Origin: Pseudobdellovibrionaceae bacterium
GTDB lineage: Bacteria > Bdellovibrionota > Bdellovibrionia > Bdellovibrionales > Bdellovibrionaceae
Length of the DNA stretch: 21,688 bases
Direction of reading: 5' to 3'
Assembly: GCA_044359815.1 (NCBI GenBank)
Contig: JBIKLL010000044.1
Span: 1-21,688, forward strand
Each line of letters starts with the position of its first letter. The first letter of the stretch is position 1. The position numbers and the translations under genes are program-made. Under the pieces are notes generated by a model that did not search any database, was not told the origin of the DNA, and worked only from the letters and a program-made list of their open reading frames with translations. Shown here in pieces: positions 8,111 through 18,903 of the stretch.

Positions 8111-10165
8111 ATGGAACAATTCTTGGTCGCTCCCATTATTGCTGGAGCCGTGGGACTTTTGGGCGCTATTTATTTTTATTTCGAGGTTAAAAAACAAAAA
8201 ACTGGTAATGAAACCATGAATCGCATCGCTCAATATATCCGTGAAGGTTCGATGGCCTTTTTGGTTCGCGAATACAAAGTCTTGGCAGTTTATGCTGTGG
8301 TGGTGGGTGTAGCTCTTGGGTTGTTATTGGGTGCAATCGCTGCTGGCAGTTTTTTGCTGGGAGCTTTTTTAAGTTTGCTGGCTGGATTTTTTGGGATGAA
8401 GGCTGCCACTTACGCCAACGTCAGGACAACTCAGGCTGCCAGCACTGGATCTAAATCAAAAGCCTTAGTGATTGCTCTTGATGGCGGTGCTGTGATGGGT
8501 TTGTCTGTTGCCGGCTTAGCATTAGTCGGATTAGGTGGATTGTATTTTTATTTTAAAGACTCAACTGATTTAGCAACCGTGCTTCATTCGTTTGCTGTTG
8601 GGGCTTCATCAATTGCGTTGTTTGCCAGAATTGGCGGCGGGATTTACACAAAAGCCGCTGACGTCGGTTCTGATATTGCCGGTAAAGTGATTGAAGGCAT
8701 TCCCGAAGACGATCCCAGAAATCCTGGAGTTATCGCTGATAATGTGGGTGATAACGTTGGCGACGTAGCCGGCATGGGTGCTGATATTTACGAATCTATG
8801 GTTGCTGCCATTGTTTCAGCGATGGCAATCGCGCTGACTCTGCCTGCTGATAAAATGATTCAGTTGGTTGAGGGTGGCGATGCCACACTTCAGCGTTTAA
8901 CTGCTGTGATGTTGCCATTAGTGTTGTCGGCATTAGGCATGGTGATTTCGATATTGGTAATTGCTGCAGCCAGGGTTTTTTCAGGCGGATCACCTGCCAG
9001 TGTTTTAAGAAATTGTTTGATTGTTCCACCAATTATTTTAACAGCCGCATCGGCATTAATTATGCCGGTTCTTGGGATTTCACAGGGCGTGACAGTGGCC
9101 TTAGCTTCTGGTGCCATTGGTGGAGCGCTGATTGGTTTAATCACCGAATATTACACAGCCGCCGGTCCGATTCGTGTTGTGGCCAATGCCAATCTGACAG
9201 GACCAGCAACGGGGATTATCCGTGGTTTAGCTGTGGGTATGGAAAGCGTTGCAATCCCGATGTTGATTGTTGTGGTTGCTGCGTGGTTTGCTGACCGAGC
9301 TTTAGGTTTATATGGTATCGCGCTTTCAGCGGTAGGAATGTTGGCAGGAACAGCTGTTGTGATGACAGTTGATGCTTACGGACCCATCGCCGATAATGCG
9401 GGTGGAATTTCTGAAATGAGTGGTCTGGGTAAAGACGTTCGTGCAATCACTGACGAACTGGATGCTGTGGGTAATACGACGGCTGCTATCGGAAAAGGTT
9501 TTGCCATTGGTTCTGCGATTTTAACTGTGGTGGCTTTATTTTCGGCCTTCAATATGGAGGTCAATCACGTAAGGCTTGCTAAGGGCATGGCTGAAATGAA
9601 TTTGGATCTGACCAGCGCCAATGTTTTAATTGGTTTGTTGTTGGGATCTATTTTGCCATTTTTAGTTGGCAGCACAACGATGACTGCAGTGGGCAGGGCA
9701 GCGGGTGCCATCGTTACCGAAATCGGCAGACAATTTAAAGAGATCCCCGGTCTAATTAAAGGTCAGGCTGAACCTCAACCTGCGAAAATCGTGGATATTG
9801 CTACGACGGCTGCATTGAAGGAAATGATTTTACCAGGATTGATTGCTGTTTTGGCTCCTGTGGCGGTTGGATTTATTTTAGGACCACAAGCCTTAGCAGG
9901 TTTGCTGGCGGGTTCATTGGCAGTGGGTGCGACTATGGCTTTATTTATGGCCAACGCTGGTGGTGCTTGGGATAACGCCAAAAAATTTATTGAAAAGGGC
10001 GGCATCAAGGGTCACGGCAAAGGCAGTGATGTTCATAAAGCCGCAGTTGTTGGTGATACAGTGGGTGATCCGTTCAAAGACACTTCTGGTCCTGGAGTTT
10101 CGATTTTGATTAAAGTGATGTCAGTGGTTTCACTGTTAATCGCTCAATTAATCGCAACTTTTTAG
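8111..10165 (+). CDS. hppA: Membrane-bound ion-translocating pyrophosphatase, K+-dependent type (probably Na+-pumping)
   Basis: [46 protein letters not shown] and [14 protein letters not shown] motifs. AGGAG RBS at 8101. Confidence 0.96.
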   Translation: MEQFLVAPIIAGAVGLLGAIYFYFEVKKQKTGNETMNRIAQYIREGSMAFLVREYKVLAVYAVVVGVALGLLLGAIAAGSFLLGAFLSLLAGFFGMKAATYANVRTTQAASTGSKSKALVIALDGGAVMGLSVAGLALVGLGGLYFYFKDSTDLATVLHSFAVGASSIALFARIGGGIYTKAADVGSDIAGKVIEGIPEDDPRNPGVIADNVGDNVGDVAGMGADIYESMVAAIVSAMAIALTLPADKMIQLVEGGDATLQRLTAVMLPLVLSALGMVISILVIAAARVFSGGSPASVLRNCLIVPPIILTAASALIMPVLGISQGVTVALASGAIGGALIGLITEYYTAAGPIRVVANANLTGPATGIIRGLAVGMESVAIPMLIVVVAAWFADRALGLYGIALSAVGMLAGTAVVMTVDAYGPIADNAGGISEMSGLGKDVRAITDELDAVGNTTAAIGKGFAIGSAILTVVALFSAFNMEVNHVRLAKGMAEMNLDLTSANVLIGLLLGSILPFLVGSTTMTAVGRAAGAIVTEIGRQFKEIPGLIKGQAEPQPAKIVDIATTAALKEMILPGLIAVLAPVAVGFILGPQALAGLLAGSLAVGATMALFMANAGGAWDNAKKFIEKGGIKGHGKGSDVHKAAVVGDTVGDPFKDTSGPGVSILIKVMSVVSLLIAQLIATF

Positions 10166-10366
10166 ACTGGTCCCTTTCCATGTTTTTGAAAATATAATTT
10201 AGAATTTGAAATATTTGATTTTACATAAAAAGACCACAGCTCTTGATTTCGTATCGCCACTGAAATCGCTCGGGCCGCGCCCCCGCCTCCGCAGAGGGTC
10301 TTTTTATATAAAATCAAATATTTCAAATTCTAAATTTTATTTTCAAAAACATGGAAAGGGACCAGT
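10166..10366. repeat. Long palindromic (MITE-like) element with 70-bp arms
   Basis: 10166-10235 and 10297-10366 are reverse complements at 68/70, around a 61-bp GC-rich core. Confidence 0.92.
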
Positions 10367-10368
10367 GC

Positions 10369-11664
10369 GTGAAATTTAATAAATCACTGCGGCTCAGTCT
10401 GATAGATGCTTTTTTCTTTTCACTGATGGTGGGGGCTGGTGAATCTTATTTGCCGGCCTTTGGATTAAGCGTCGGTATGGGCGAAGCCCTGTCAGGACTG
10501 TTCGGCATAGTCCCCATGATTTGCGGGGCACTGATTCAGTTGATCACACCCTGGGGCATTGGATATTTTAAATCCCTCAAAAAATGGGTGGTGGCTGCCA
10601 GTTTTGTACAAGCCATAGCGTTTTTGCCTCTGATTTATTTTGCCTCATACCCCACTGAAAATTATTTTTTGCTGTTTCTGTTTTCAGCCATCTATTGGGG
10701 GGCAGGTTTTGCGGCGGGCCCTACCTGGAATTTTTGGATGGGACATTTGCTGCCAGCCAATCAATCTGCAAAATATTTTTCACTCAGGCTTAGGATCACT
10801 CAGGTCGGGATATTTTTTGGCCTGGTGGGTGGGGGTGTGGCGTTACATAACAATTGGAAGTTCGGTCCCTTTACCAGTGTTTTTTCACTGCTGTTTTTGC
10901 TGGCCTTTGCTTCCCGTGCGACATCGTCACTGATTCTGTCAGCAAAGGATTACCATCCCGAATGGACTCCCAGCCAGCGAATGACTTCGATCAAAGAAAC
11001 CTTTAATAATTTCAAAAATCAAAAATCTTTCAGGGAATTTTTTGGATTTTTGTTTGTGTTTTACACAGTGATTTTTCTGAGCTCGCCCTTTGTGACTCCG
11101 TTTTTTTTGCGCAAAATCGAAATGTCTTACCAAGAATTTATGATGGCCATTTCTGTATTGATTGTTGCTAAGCTTTGCTGTTTGCCCTTTGCCCAACCTA
11201 TTATTGAGAGGTGGGGAGTAAAGAGGGTGTTTTTTATTGGATGTTTAGGGTTAAGCCCTCTGCCTGCTTTATGGGTTATTTCACATGATTTTATATTTAC
11301 CCTGGCTTTGCAATTTGTAAGCGGATTTTTTTGGGGGCTATTTGATGTGGCACTGTCGGTGATATTTTTTAGCAAAATCAAAAATTCTGATAAAATTTCT
11401 GTGCTCACGTTGTTTAATCTGTTTAATGCTGCGGCCATGGTTATCGGAACCCTGATCGGCGGCAAGATTTTAAATTTCTTGGGCGAATCCTGGATGGCCT
11501 ATTATGTGATTTTTGTTTCAGGAGCTGTGCTGCGCACAGCCTCTGTTTTGTTTTATTGGGGGATGACTACTAATCGTGATTTGTTATCCCACGACGAATT
11601 CAATTCCCAAGTCAGTTCATTAAATCTGCTCTTACGTCCTTTTGAGAAAATTTTCCGACTTTAG
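10369..11664 (+). CDS. MFS transporter
   Basis: About 12 hydrophobic segments in a two-halves layout. ATG 10351 lies inside the palindrome arm, so GTG 10369 is the likelier start. Confidence 0.8.
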   Translation: MKFNKSLRLSLIDAFFFSLMVGAGESYLPAFGLSVGMGEALSGLFGIVPMICGALIQLITPWGIGYFKSLKKWVVAASFVQAIAFLPLIYFASYPTENYFLLFLFSAIYWGAGFAAGPTWNFWMGHLLPANQSAKYFSLRLRITQVGIFFGLVGGGVALHNNWKFGPFTSVFSLLFLLAFASRATSSLILSAKDYHPEWTPSQRMTSIKETFNNFKNQKSFREFFGFLFVFYTVIFLSSPFVTPFFLRKIEMSYQEFMMAISVLIVAKLCCLPFAQPIIERWGVKRVFFIGCLGLSPLPALWVISHDFIFTLALQFVSGFFWGLFDVALSVIFFSKIKNSDKISVLTLFNLFNAAAMVIGTLIGGKILNFLGESWMAYYVIFVSGAVLRTASVLFYWGMTTNRDLLSHDEFNSQVSSLNLLLRPFEKIFRL

Positions 11665-11772
11665 TTTTTTTGGCACCTGAAATCCAATCGGTAAATTGGG
11701 TTAAAAAGTTTTTCAGATCATCAAAAACACATGGTTTGCATTTGATCGGTTTAAATTGAGATTTTTAAATTT

Positions 11773-13701
11773 TTATTGAAAAGCAGATTGGCAGCGAAGC
11801 TCTGTTTCGTAATCTATGGCGGCTTCTTGTTCAAACTGCTCTCTTAGATTCATTAGCCCCACAGTATCTACAGGGACCTTAAATATATCCTGCAGCACAG
11901 GGAAGGTGTGTTCTCTGTCATACAGATATGAAAACTCCATATGGCGTTTTGATTTTAACATATCAGCTCTCAGATCCTCAGAGGACGTATCAACTGATAA
12001 ATAAGGCATTGGGCTTCCGAACAGGGATTCAGCCAGCGAATTCACCGCAATTTTTGAATGGCCTTTAAGCTTCCAAAATTTTTCTGAAAACAACAGGTAC
12101 TTGTATCGCCAAGCTTCTTTGCTCCCAGGACTGACAGTTAAAAGCATTTTTTCCCAGGCTGCACGCAGCTCCCTGGCTAATCTGGTTATATCTGGATTTG
12201 GATTTTCCCTAGCTAATTTTTCTGTGTATTTGACTGAAAATCTCCAAAACACCGGGATTGATCCCCATAAAACGATTTTTCCAATCGGCAGGTTCATCGC
12301 ATAGCTCATGTAATCAAACAATCTGATGGTAAAAGCAGGTAAATAAGAAGCCTGATATTCCAGCTGAGATTGCTTCATTACAAAAGGATCTTTGATAAAC
12401 GGGATTTTAATTGGGCTCATCAGTTTGGTTGAAATCCTGGCAGTCTCGCGGCTTCTGGCCCATTGATAATGAAAGTTTTTGGCAAAGGAATTTGCGATCA
12501 CGTTGTTGATCACGGTGAAATGCAGCCACAGCGTTGCTACGTCCATATTAAATAATCCGTAAACACCTTCTGGGTTAGTCAGTGCCAGTAACACATAACC
12601 AAAGGCCAAGCTGTTCGCAGCGCTTTTTAATGTCTGAGTCATCCATGTGCCGTTGCTTTGCCAGTTTTTAAATGTCCCTACATAAGTTCCTACGCCAAAT
12701 CCCCAAATCTGTGACAGAATTGCCGGAGTGAAATCCATATGGGGTATATAGCCTGCGCTGTACAGTGCTGCTGACATTGATGCCGCAATCACTGTTTGTG
12801 GGACTGATGAAATCACTCCTAAAAAAGCTGTGTCCCTGGTGGGTTTTTCGGCGATGGATTTCCAATACTGTTTCCAGAAAGCTAAAGAGTTTTTATCAGG
12901 TCGTGGCAGGTATTTGTGGTTTTGAGGATTTTTAAATTCAAATTCAGAAATGGACAATGTCGAATCAACCATTACAGTTTGTACATCACGGCCAGCTTGT
13001 TTGTCGGTTCTGGTTGAACCTGCCCAGATATGCTGACGAGCCACAAATTTAACAAAATGTGCGCCCTTGGTATCAAACTGATCGGCAGAATATAAAATGT
13101 AGGATTTTTGATTGGACTCAGTCACGATTCTGAAAATCGGCGAGCCATCTATAGTTGAAACCTGTCCTGTACCCACGCCTTTGATTTCTTCATGGATTTT
13201 GCCTTTATCGATGACGTTTTCTTTGAATTCTTTTGCGGAGCCTTGAAATTTTGATTTTTCAAGATTGTATTTTTTAAGAGTCAGTAAATAGATTTTGTAG
13301 GCTGCCTCAAGAGCTGGGTTTTCTGTCGCTGACCAGATATTGGTAGCCCAAAAACTCATTTTTTGGTCATCACTCATCTGATCAAAATGATTTAAGGCAT
13401 CTTGAACAGTGGGTTCTGAGCCGTTGTTCGGGCTTTGGTTTAAAGACTTGATGACCTGCAGATTCACTGAATCAGGTACAGAATCAACAACCTGATCAAG
13501 AGCTTTATCGATTTTGTCAGATGTGGCTTTGTCAGAATTTGAGTCATCAGTAGATCTGGAATCTGAAGGATCGTTTTGTTTATCTGAGGTTTGTGCGAAA
13601 CTGATTTTAGGCGAGATTATGAATAGCGCGCAGGCTACCAGCAGAAAAATCTGCACAGAAATATTTGTTCTTACCCTGTTCAAACAAATCGATTTCAACA
13701 A
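11773..13701 (-). CDS. Hypothetical secreted/membrane protein
   Basis: 642-aa ORF with a signal-like N-terminus ending SFAQ, a D/S-rich linker, central hydrophobic segments and a C-terminal CQSAF. The start is uncertain. Confidence 0.8.
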   Translation of the reverse strand: MLKSICLNRVRTNISVQIFLLVACALFIISPKISFAQTSDKQNDPSDSRSTDDSNSDKATSDKIDKALDQVVDSVPDSVNLQVIKSLNQSPNNGSEPTVQDALNHFDQMSDDQKMSFWATNIWSATENPALEAAYKIYLLTLKKYNLEKSKFQGSAKEFKENVIDKGKIHEEIKGVGTGQVSTIDGSPIFRIVTESNQKSYILYSADQFDTKGAHFVKFVARQHIWAGSTRTDKQAGRDVQTVMVDSTLSISEFEFKNPQNHKYLPRPDKNSLAFWKQYWKSIAEKPTRDTAFLGVISSVPQTVIAASMSAALYSAGYIPHMDFTPAILSQIWGFGVGTYVGTFKNWQSNGTWMTQTLKSAANSLAFGYVLLALTNPEGVYGLFNMDVATLWLHFTVINNVIANSFAKNFHYQWARSRETARISTKLMSPIKIPFIKDPFVMKQSQLEYQASYLPAFTIRLFDYMSYAMNLPIGKIVLWGSIPVFWRFSVKYTEKLARENPNPDITRLARELRAAWEKMLLTVSPGSKEAWRYKYLLFSEKFWKLKGHSKIAVNSLAESLFGSPMPYLSVDTSSEDLRADMLKSKRHMEFSYLYDREHTFPVLQDIFKVPVDTVGLMNLREQFEQEAAIDYETELRCQSAFQ

Positions 13702-13808
13702 CGGCCACGTCCCAAGATGGTGATGGTTTTGTAGTCAGTCCGGATATTAATGGGTACCGGATTGGAACTAAAGACTAATCTTAAAGTGCCAAAATCTCTG
13801 ACAATTCC

Positions 13809-14534
13809 CTAAAGAATTAGGGAATTTATTTCACCATCTGCATGGTTATTAGACTGTTTCAGGTCAATAACACGCACCGATTTAGGTAAAACTTGGAAGG
13901 TAAACCGCAGGTATCTGTAGGCCAGCACCCCTTGGGTCAGGTTTGTCCAGGCTATCCTTTTGGATTTTGATTTTAGGTTTCGTTCTAAATTGCGAACCAC
14001 AAATTCTTTGATTAAAGGCTTTTTTGAAAGTTGATTTAGAACGGTTTTTTGAATCACTACTTTTTTGGGTTTTGCCTGGGATTTTAACCAACCCATTTTG
14101 GCCTTTGGGAAAACATCAGAGGTCGTAACATAAGGCTTGATGTCTAAGACTGGGGTTCCATCTACGAAATCGTGGTTTTCTACCCATATTTCTGTCCCAG
14201 TGATTTTTAGCAAACGAACGGCCGAAATACCAATGGGGTTGGGGCGGTAGGGGGATCTGCTGGCAAAAACGCCGACCTTTTTGCCCTCGAGGGTTGGGGG
14301 ACTTACCATGGGGTTCCAGTGATTGTTTTTGTGAAAACAAAAGATCACCCAAATATGTGAAAAGCCACTCAGATGTTCAGTGGCCTGCGGGATGTTGAGT
14401 TTTGGATCCAGTTTTATGATGGCTTTATTGTTTTTGCCGTAAACCCCCTGTCTGGCGACATCATATTTATTTTTGGCCAGGCATTTTACAAAACCTATGG
14501 GTTTAAAGGTTATTGTTGTTGTTTCAGCAGCCAT
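13809..14534 (-). CDS. trmO: tRNA (N6-threonylcarbamoyladenosine(37)-N6)-methyltransferase TrmO/TsaA
   Basis: GFSHIWVIFCFH, GVFASRSPYRPNPIGIS and DGTPVLDIKPY motifs. ATG 14534, preceded by GGAGG, is preferred over 14546. Confidence 0.92.
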   Translation of the reverse strand: MAAETTTITFKPIGFVKCLAKNKYDVARQGVYGKNNKAIIKLDPKLNIPQATEHLSGFSHIWVIFCFHKNNHWNPMVSPPTLEGKKVGVFASRSPYRPNPIGISAVRLLKITGTEIWVENHDFVDGTPVLDIKPYVTTSDVFPKAKMGWLKSQAKPKKVVIQKTVLNQLSKKPLIKEFVVRNLERNLKSKSKRIAWTNLTQGVLAYRYLRFTFQVLPKSVRVIDLKQSNNHADGEINSLIL

Positions 14535-15373
14535 TGGCGCCTCCACTCAAAACCAATCACACCAGCAGTCACAGCAACGTTCAGCGAATTTTTGAAACCA
14601 TTCATATCAATCGACAGCAAGTGATCGCATTTTGCCAAGGTGTTTTTATTTAAACCAAAGCGCTCATTACCAAACACAAAGCAACAAGGTTTTTGAAACC
14701 GAAACTGATCCAGGTTTTTAGAGGCTCCCGTTGTTTCGACTCCGATCAATTCAAAATTTGTGGGCAGTTGCATTTGATCAATGTCAGCAATCTGCAGCCA
14801 CGGGACATGATCGGCGGATCCCAGGGCAGAGGTTTGCACCTGTTTGCGATCTGGCAGTGGCGTGTATCCAGATAAAATTATTTTTTCGCAGCCAATAGCG
14901 TCCGCTGTTCGAAAGATCGAACCCACATTGAAAGCAGATCGAAGGTTTTCAAGGGCAAACCAAATCGGAAATTTTTGGGTTGATTTGATTTGATCAGCGG
15001 TTGTGATATTTAAGTCTTCGCAACTGCGATCCAGCAGTCGTTCGAAGGGGATCAGGATGTCTTCTAGGGTTTTTAAGCTTATGTTTGGTTTTAAATGCTT
15101 TTTCAGCTCTGCGAGCTTTAAAATCTTTGGATCATCTGATTGCTGGAGCTCTAAAAACAGTCGATTGATTTTGTCCATGCGGTCATGACTGAACGTAATT
15201 GCAGTAGGCAGATCAATCTGAGGGGTTTTAGAAAGTGTGGATCTGTTTTGAGGGCTTGGCGCGATGTCATGACTGTAGGCAACGGTAAAAGGTTGGCTTG
15301 CCTCAAGCTGTCTGAGCAATTTATAAAGTCTGTCGACCACAGTTATTGAATCCATTGAAAAGGTAAATACCAA
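14510..15373 (-). CDS. TrmH/SpoU-family RNA methyltransferase with an N-terminal extension
   Basis: LENLRSAFNVGSIFRTADA, FVFGNERFGL and SLNVAVTAG SPOUT motifs. The start may be the downstream ATG (MDSITV). Confidence 0.88.
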   Translation of the reverse strand: MVFTFSMDSITVVDRLYKLLRQLEASQPFTVAYSHDIAPSPQNRSTLSKTPQIDLPTAITFSHDRMDKINRLFLELQQSDDPKILKLAELKKHLKPNISLKTLEDILIPFERLLDRSCEDLNITTADQIKSTQKFPIWFALENLRSAFNVGSIFRTADAIGCEKIILSGYTPLPDRKQVQTSALGSADHVPWLQIADIDQMQLPTNFELIGVETTGASKNLDQFRFQKPCCFVFGNERFGLNKNTLAKCDHLLSIDMNGFKNSLNVAVTAGVIGFEWRRQWLLKQQQ

Positions 15374-15384
15374 GGGGGCATTTG

Positions 15385-15897
15385 ATGTCTAGTAAAATTC
15401 CAAATACAGAAACAGCAGTGCTGGCAGGCGGGTGTTTTTGGGGGCTAGAAGAGTTGTTCCGTAATTTAAAGGGTGTAACTAATACCGAAGTTGGATACTG
15501 CGGCGGAAGGGCGCCCGAAGCCAAATATGAAATCGTCAAACAGGGTCGCAGTGGGCACGCCGAGGCTGTGCAGATTGAATTTGATCCAAAGGTTTTGTCA
15601 TTTAATGATTTATTAAAATTCTTTTTTCGGGTTCACAATCCAACGACGGTCAATCGGCAGGGTAACGATGTGGGCAGTCAATATCGTTCAGTGATTTTTG
15701 CACTGGATGAAAATCAATTTGCAAAAGCCAAACAAGCGATTGCGGAAGAACAAAAATCCGGTTTTTGGCAAAAGCCCATAGTCACCGACGTGCAAATCGG
15801 CTTTCCATTTTTTTCTGCCGAAGATTACCATCAAGATTATCTAAAGAAAAACCCCAACGGCTATACTTGCCATTACTATCGGGAAGTCGCAGATTAG
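15385..15897 (+). CDS. msrA: Peptide-methionine (S)-S-oxide reductase
   Basis: AGGCFWG, GHAEAVQI, RQGNDVGSQYRS and AEDYHQDY motifs. Confidence 0.97.
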   Translation: MSSKIPNTETAVLAGGCFWGLEELFRNLKGVTNTEVGYCGGRAPEAKYEIVKQGRSGHAEAVQIEFDPKVLSFNDLLKFFFRVHNPTTVNRQGNDVGSQYRSVIFALDENQFAKAKQAIAEEQKSGFWQKPIVTDVQIGFPFFSAEDYHQDYLKKNPNGYTCHYYREVAD

Positions 15898-16087
15898 TAG
15901 ATGAAAATAGATTTTAGTCTTGGCAAAGCTTAAAACATTATTGAAAATAAATGATATGATTTTAAGAGCTTTAAAACAGATAATAGTAACAACTTTTGGA
16001 CTAATCATATCAATTAAAGTGCAAAAGTTAAAAGATTGCAGGCTTTCGGGTTGGATTATCGGAATAAAGGATAGCAAAGACTAAATT

Positions 16088-17806
16088 ATGCAAGAGCACC
16101 ATTTACTATCTGAAATAGGTTTTTCTATAATTGGTGCTGCCGCATTTGGCATACCGGCTTTTTTCTTACGAGTCCCGTTGATGCTGGCTTATCTTTTGGC
16201 AGGAATTGTTTTGGGCCCACACATGGGATTGGGTATTATCAAAAGCGCAGAGAGTATTTCAATACTTTCTGAAATCGGATTGATTCTGCTGATGTTTATC
16301 CTTGGGCTTGAAATTGATCTGCGAAAATTAAAGCAAGCCGGAAAAGCTGTTTTGGTCAACGGGATCACTCAGTTTTTAGGATGTTGTGTTTTAGCAATTA
16401 TTTTTTTTAAAGCCTTTGGTTTTGCCAAGGATGATTTTACTTTGACCTATTTAGCTGTCGCTTGTTCTTTGTCTTCGACATTAATTGTTGTGAAGATCTT
16501 ATCTGATCAAATGATTCTTGATTCTTTGACATCCAGAATTACTTTGGGAATTTTGGTTCTGCAGGACATTTGGGCGATAGGTTTTCTGGCCCTTCAACCC
16601 AGTTTAGCTAACCTAAATGGTTCAAATTTGGCGATTTCGCTTTCAAAAGTAGCAATACTTGTTTTTTGCGCGTGGACTTTAGCACGATATGTATTGCCGA
16701 TTGTATTTTCAAGGACAGGAAAACATCCCGAACTACTATTGATTCTGGCGATGGCCTGGTGTTTTGGAATATGTGGTTTGGCAAATTATTTAAAATTGTC
16801 TCTTGAAATGGGGGCCTTGATCGCTGGAGTTTCTATTGCATCGTTTCCTTATCATCTAGATATTGCTGCAAAAATATCAAGCCTTCGAGATTTTTTTATT
16901 ACCCTATTTTTTGTGTCTTTGGGAATGCAAGTTCCTGTACCTACTTTTGAAGTGATTTCTTTATCACTATTGATCACGTTTTTTGTTTACTTGAGTCGGA
17001 CTTTAACAATTTTTCCAGTTTTATATTTTTTAAAATACGGGAACCGAGCCAGTTTTTTACCGGCTTTGAATTTGAGCCAGCTTTCTGAGTTTGCGATTGT
17101 GCTTGCGTCCCTGGGTGTCGCTTACAATCACATTCAGCCTTTTATTTTATCAGCATTTATTATTTCTATGGTTTTTACAGCGTTAATATCTTCTTTTGTG
17201 ATACCTGGAGCCCATGGTATTTATTTAAAGCTAAATCCCATTTTAATTAAGATGGGATTTAAGGATCATATTAGCTCAATTGATACAGGTTCTGGAAAGT
17301 CGAAAACACAAATAGTATTTTTAGGATTTTACCGAGATGCCAGTTCATTAATTTATGAAATGCAAAAACGCTATGCTAAGAATGTCTTGGAAGAGATTTT
17401 GGTAGTGGATTTTAATCCTGAATCCCATGTTAAATTGAAAGAACTAGGGATCAGATGTGTTTACGGAGATATTGGAAATCGAGATACTCTTAGAAATTTA
17501 GATTTAACTGAAGCAGGCTTGATATTGTGTACAATTCCTGATCAATTTTTAAAAGGCACTACAAATTTAAAACTGGTTAGGATTTTAAAATCCATGGCAC
17601 CCAGTGTCCCGTGTATTATGACTGCAGAAAAAATTGACCAAGCTCGAGAATTATACTCAGCAGGTGCCGATTACGTGCTTGTTCCGCGCATCGTAAACGC
17701 AAATTATTTAGCTGATGTTCTGGAAAGAGTTCAATCTCAAGGATCAAAAATTATTAAATCCAGTGCCGAAGAATATCTGAAGCTTCGGAGTGAAGTCATT
17801 TCTTAG
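16088..17806 (+). CDS. CPA2-family cation:proton antiporter (Kef-like) with C-terminal RCK/TrkA-N domain
   Basis: LLMFILGLEID, SLSSTLIVVKIL, GILVLQDI and QLSEFAIVL motifs, plus a C-terminal VYGD...GADYV. Confidence 0.9.
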   Translation: MQEHHLLSEIGFSIIGAAAFGIPAFFLRVPLMLAYLLAGIVLGPHMGLGIIKSAESISILSEIGLILLMFILGLEIDLRKLKQAGKAVLVNGITQFLGCCVLAIIFFKAFGFAKDDFTLTYLAVACSLSSTLIVVKILSDQMILDSLTSRITLGILVLQDIWAIGFLALQPSLANLNGSNLAISLSKVAILVFCAWTLARYVLPIVFSRTGKHPELLLILAMAWCFGICGLANYLKLSLEMGALIAGVSIASFPYHLDIAAKISSLRDFFITLFFVSLGMQVPVPTFEVISLSLLITFFVYLSRTLTIFPVLYFLKYGNRASFLPALNLSQLSEFAIVLASLGVAYNHIQPFILSAFIISMVFTALISSFVIPGAHGIYLKLNPILIKMGFKDHISSIDTGSGKSKTQIVFLGFYRDASSLIYEMQKRYAKNVLEEILVVDFNPESHVKLKELGIRCVYGDIGNRDTLRNLDLTEAGLILCTIPDQFLKGTTNLKLVRILKSMAPSVPCIMTAEKIDQARELYSAGADYVLVPRIVNANYLADVLERVQSQGSKIIKSSAEEYLKLRSEVIS

Positions 17807-17813
17807 TATTTAA

Positions 17814-18128
17814 GGAATTCTTGATGGCGTGTTGGAAGGGACTTTGACTAATAATGAAAGCTTGGTGATTGGTATTTATTTGAATGCGGTTAACATTACG
17901 GGTGTTGGGAATGGATATTTTTTAGATGGTCTGCCTGCTTCAATTTCAGCCTTATCCGGAGCTAATAACAATACTTTAATTTACTCTCCTCCTCCATTTT
18001 CTTGGATAAGTTCTAGGGCAGTAGTTATAACGGGTACGAGTGGCAAGGTATTGTCACAGACCATACCAAGTCCAGCAGCTGCTAATTCCGGGCATCGATG
18101 GCGAATATTAATGAGTTTTGGAAGATAA
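17814..18128 (+). pseudogene. Probable 3' fragment of a larger gene
   Basis: Protein-like open frame that begins right after an in-frame TAA (17811), ends at TAA 18128 and is followed by an imperfect hairpin. No family recognised. Confidence 0.35.
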
Positions 18129-18225
18129 ATAAATTTCTTACGAAAAATTCGACAGCAAGGCTATTTAACCTTGTCGCCGAGTTTGGCGCCGTTGTCTTAA
18201 GGTACTAAAGCTTAGCTTCGATTCA

Positions 18226-18903
18226 CTTTCCCCGGGGTAGAGACTGTGCGTTGGAAGTGGTTGATGGATCTGATTCTCTGTTTATTTGTATACCTAATAA
18301 TGGGACTTAAAAACAAACCGGACTCCGGACGGATAACTAGTAAATTTTAAATAAATATTTGCTTAATCAAATGAGGAATTTTAAAACAAGAATCGATGCA
18401 AAAGAAAAATATTTATATTTTAATAATAGTGATGCTGATTGGTGTTTTTTTGTGGTTTCAGATATCAAAAAATTCCGATGCCGCTAGGTCTGATAAAAAT
18501 CGAAATGAAGTTTGGGATGATGTTGAAGCAAAAATTATGGAATTAAATATTTCGGAGGATATGAAGAAAGCTCTTTTTCAGTTAGCAATAGGCCTTCAAA
18601 AGTCTTGTAGTGAACCTAAAATGAATAAAGAAAGAGCTCTAGAATTAGTTAAAGAACATGATCTTGCTCTTGGATGTATTTATGCAATTGACACAGAAAT
18701 GGCTTTGGATTTGGATTTAACTGGTAAGGTTGAAGGATGGGTAGCTAGTTCAATCGCAACCATTAGAAACTATGCAAGGTTTAATGGATTGTTGAGCGGA
18801 GGAATGTATCCATCCCCGCCTGAGACTCTAAAAAGCTGCAATTTTAAAGTAAGTGATTAAATGGTTTTTAATAGTTATTTTGTTCTCAAATATTTGTTTT
18901 GGC
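18226..18903 (+). repeat. Tandem unit copy 1 (leader + gene A + 5' end of gene B), homologous to 19533-20210
   Basis: Colinear at offset 1307. Near-identical over 18226-18587 and 18837-18903, diverged in between. Confidence 0.95.
18396..18860 (+). CDS. Membrane-anchored hypothetical protein A1 (DxNxNxVWDDVE motif)
   Basis: N-terminal TM helix and GAGGA upstream. Paralog of 19703-20167 (111/154 identical by manual count). Confidence 0.85.
   Translation: MQKKNIYILIIVMLIGVFLWFQISKNSDAARSDKNRNEVWDDVEAKIMELNISEDMKKALFQLAIGLQKSCSEPKMNKERALELVKEHDLALGCIYAIDTEMALDLDLTGKVEGWVASSIATIRNYARFNGLLSGGMYPSPPETLKSCNFKVSD

Noticed and set aside
6509..16077. Numerous 60-150 aa ORFs overlapping the core genes
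   Set aside because: They are antisense or alternate-frame shadows of well-supported CDSs.
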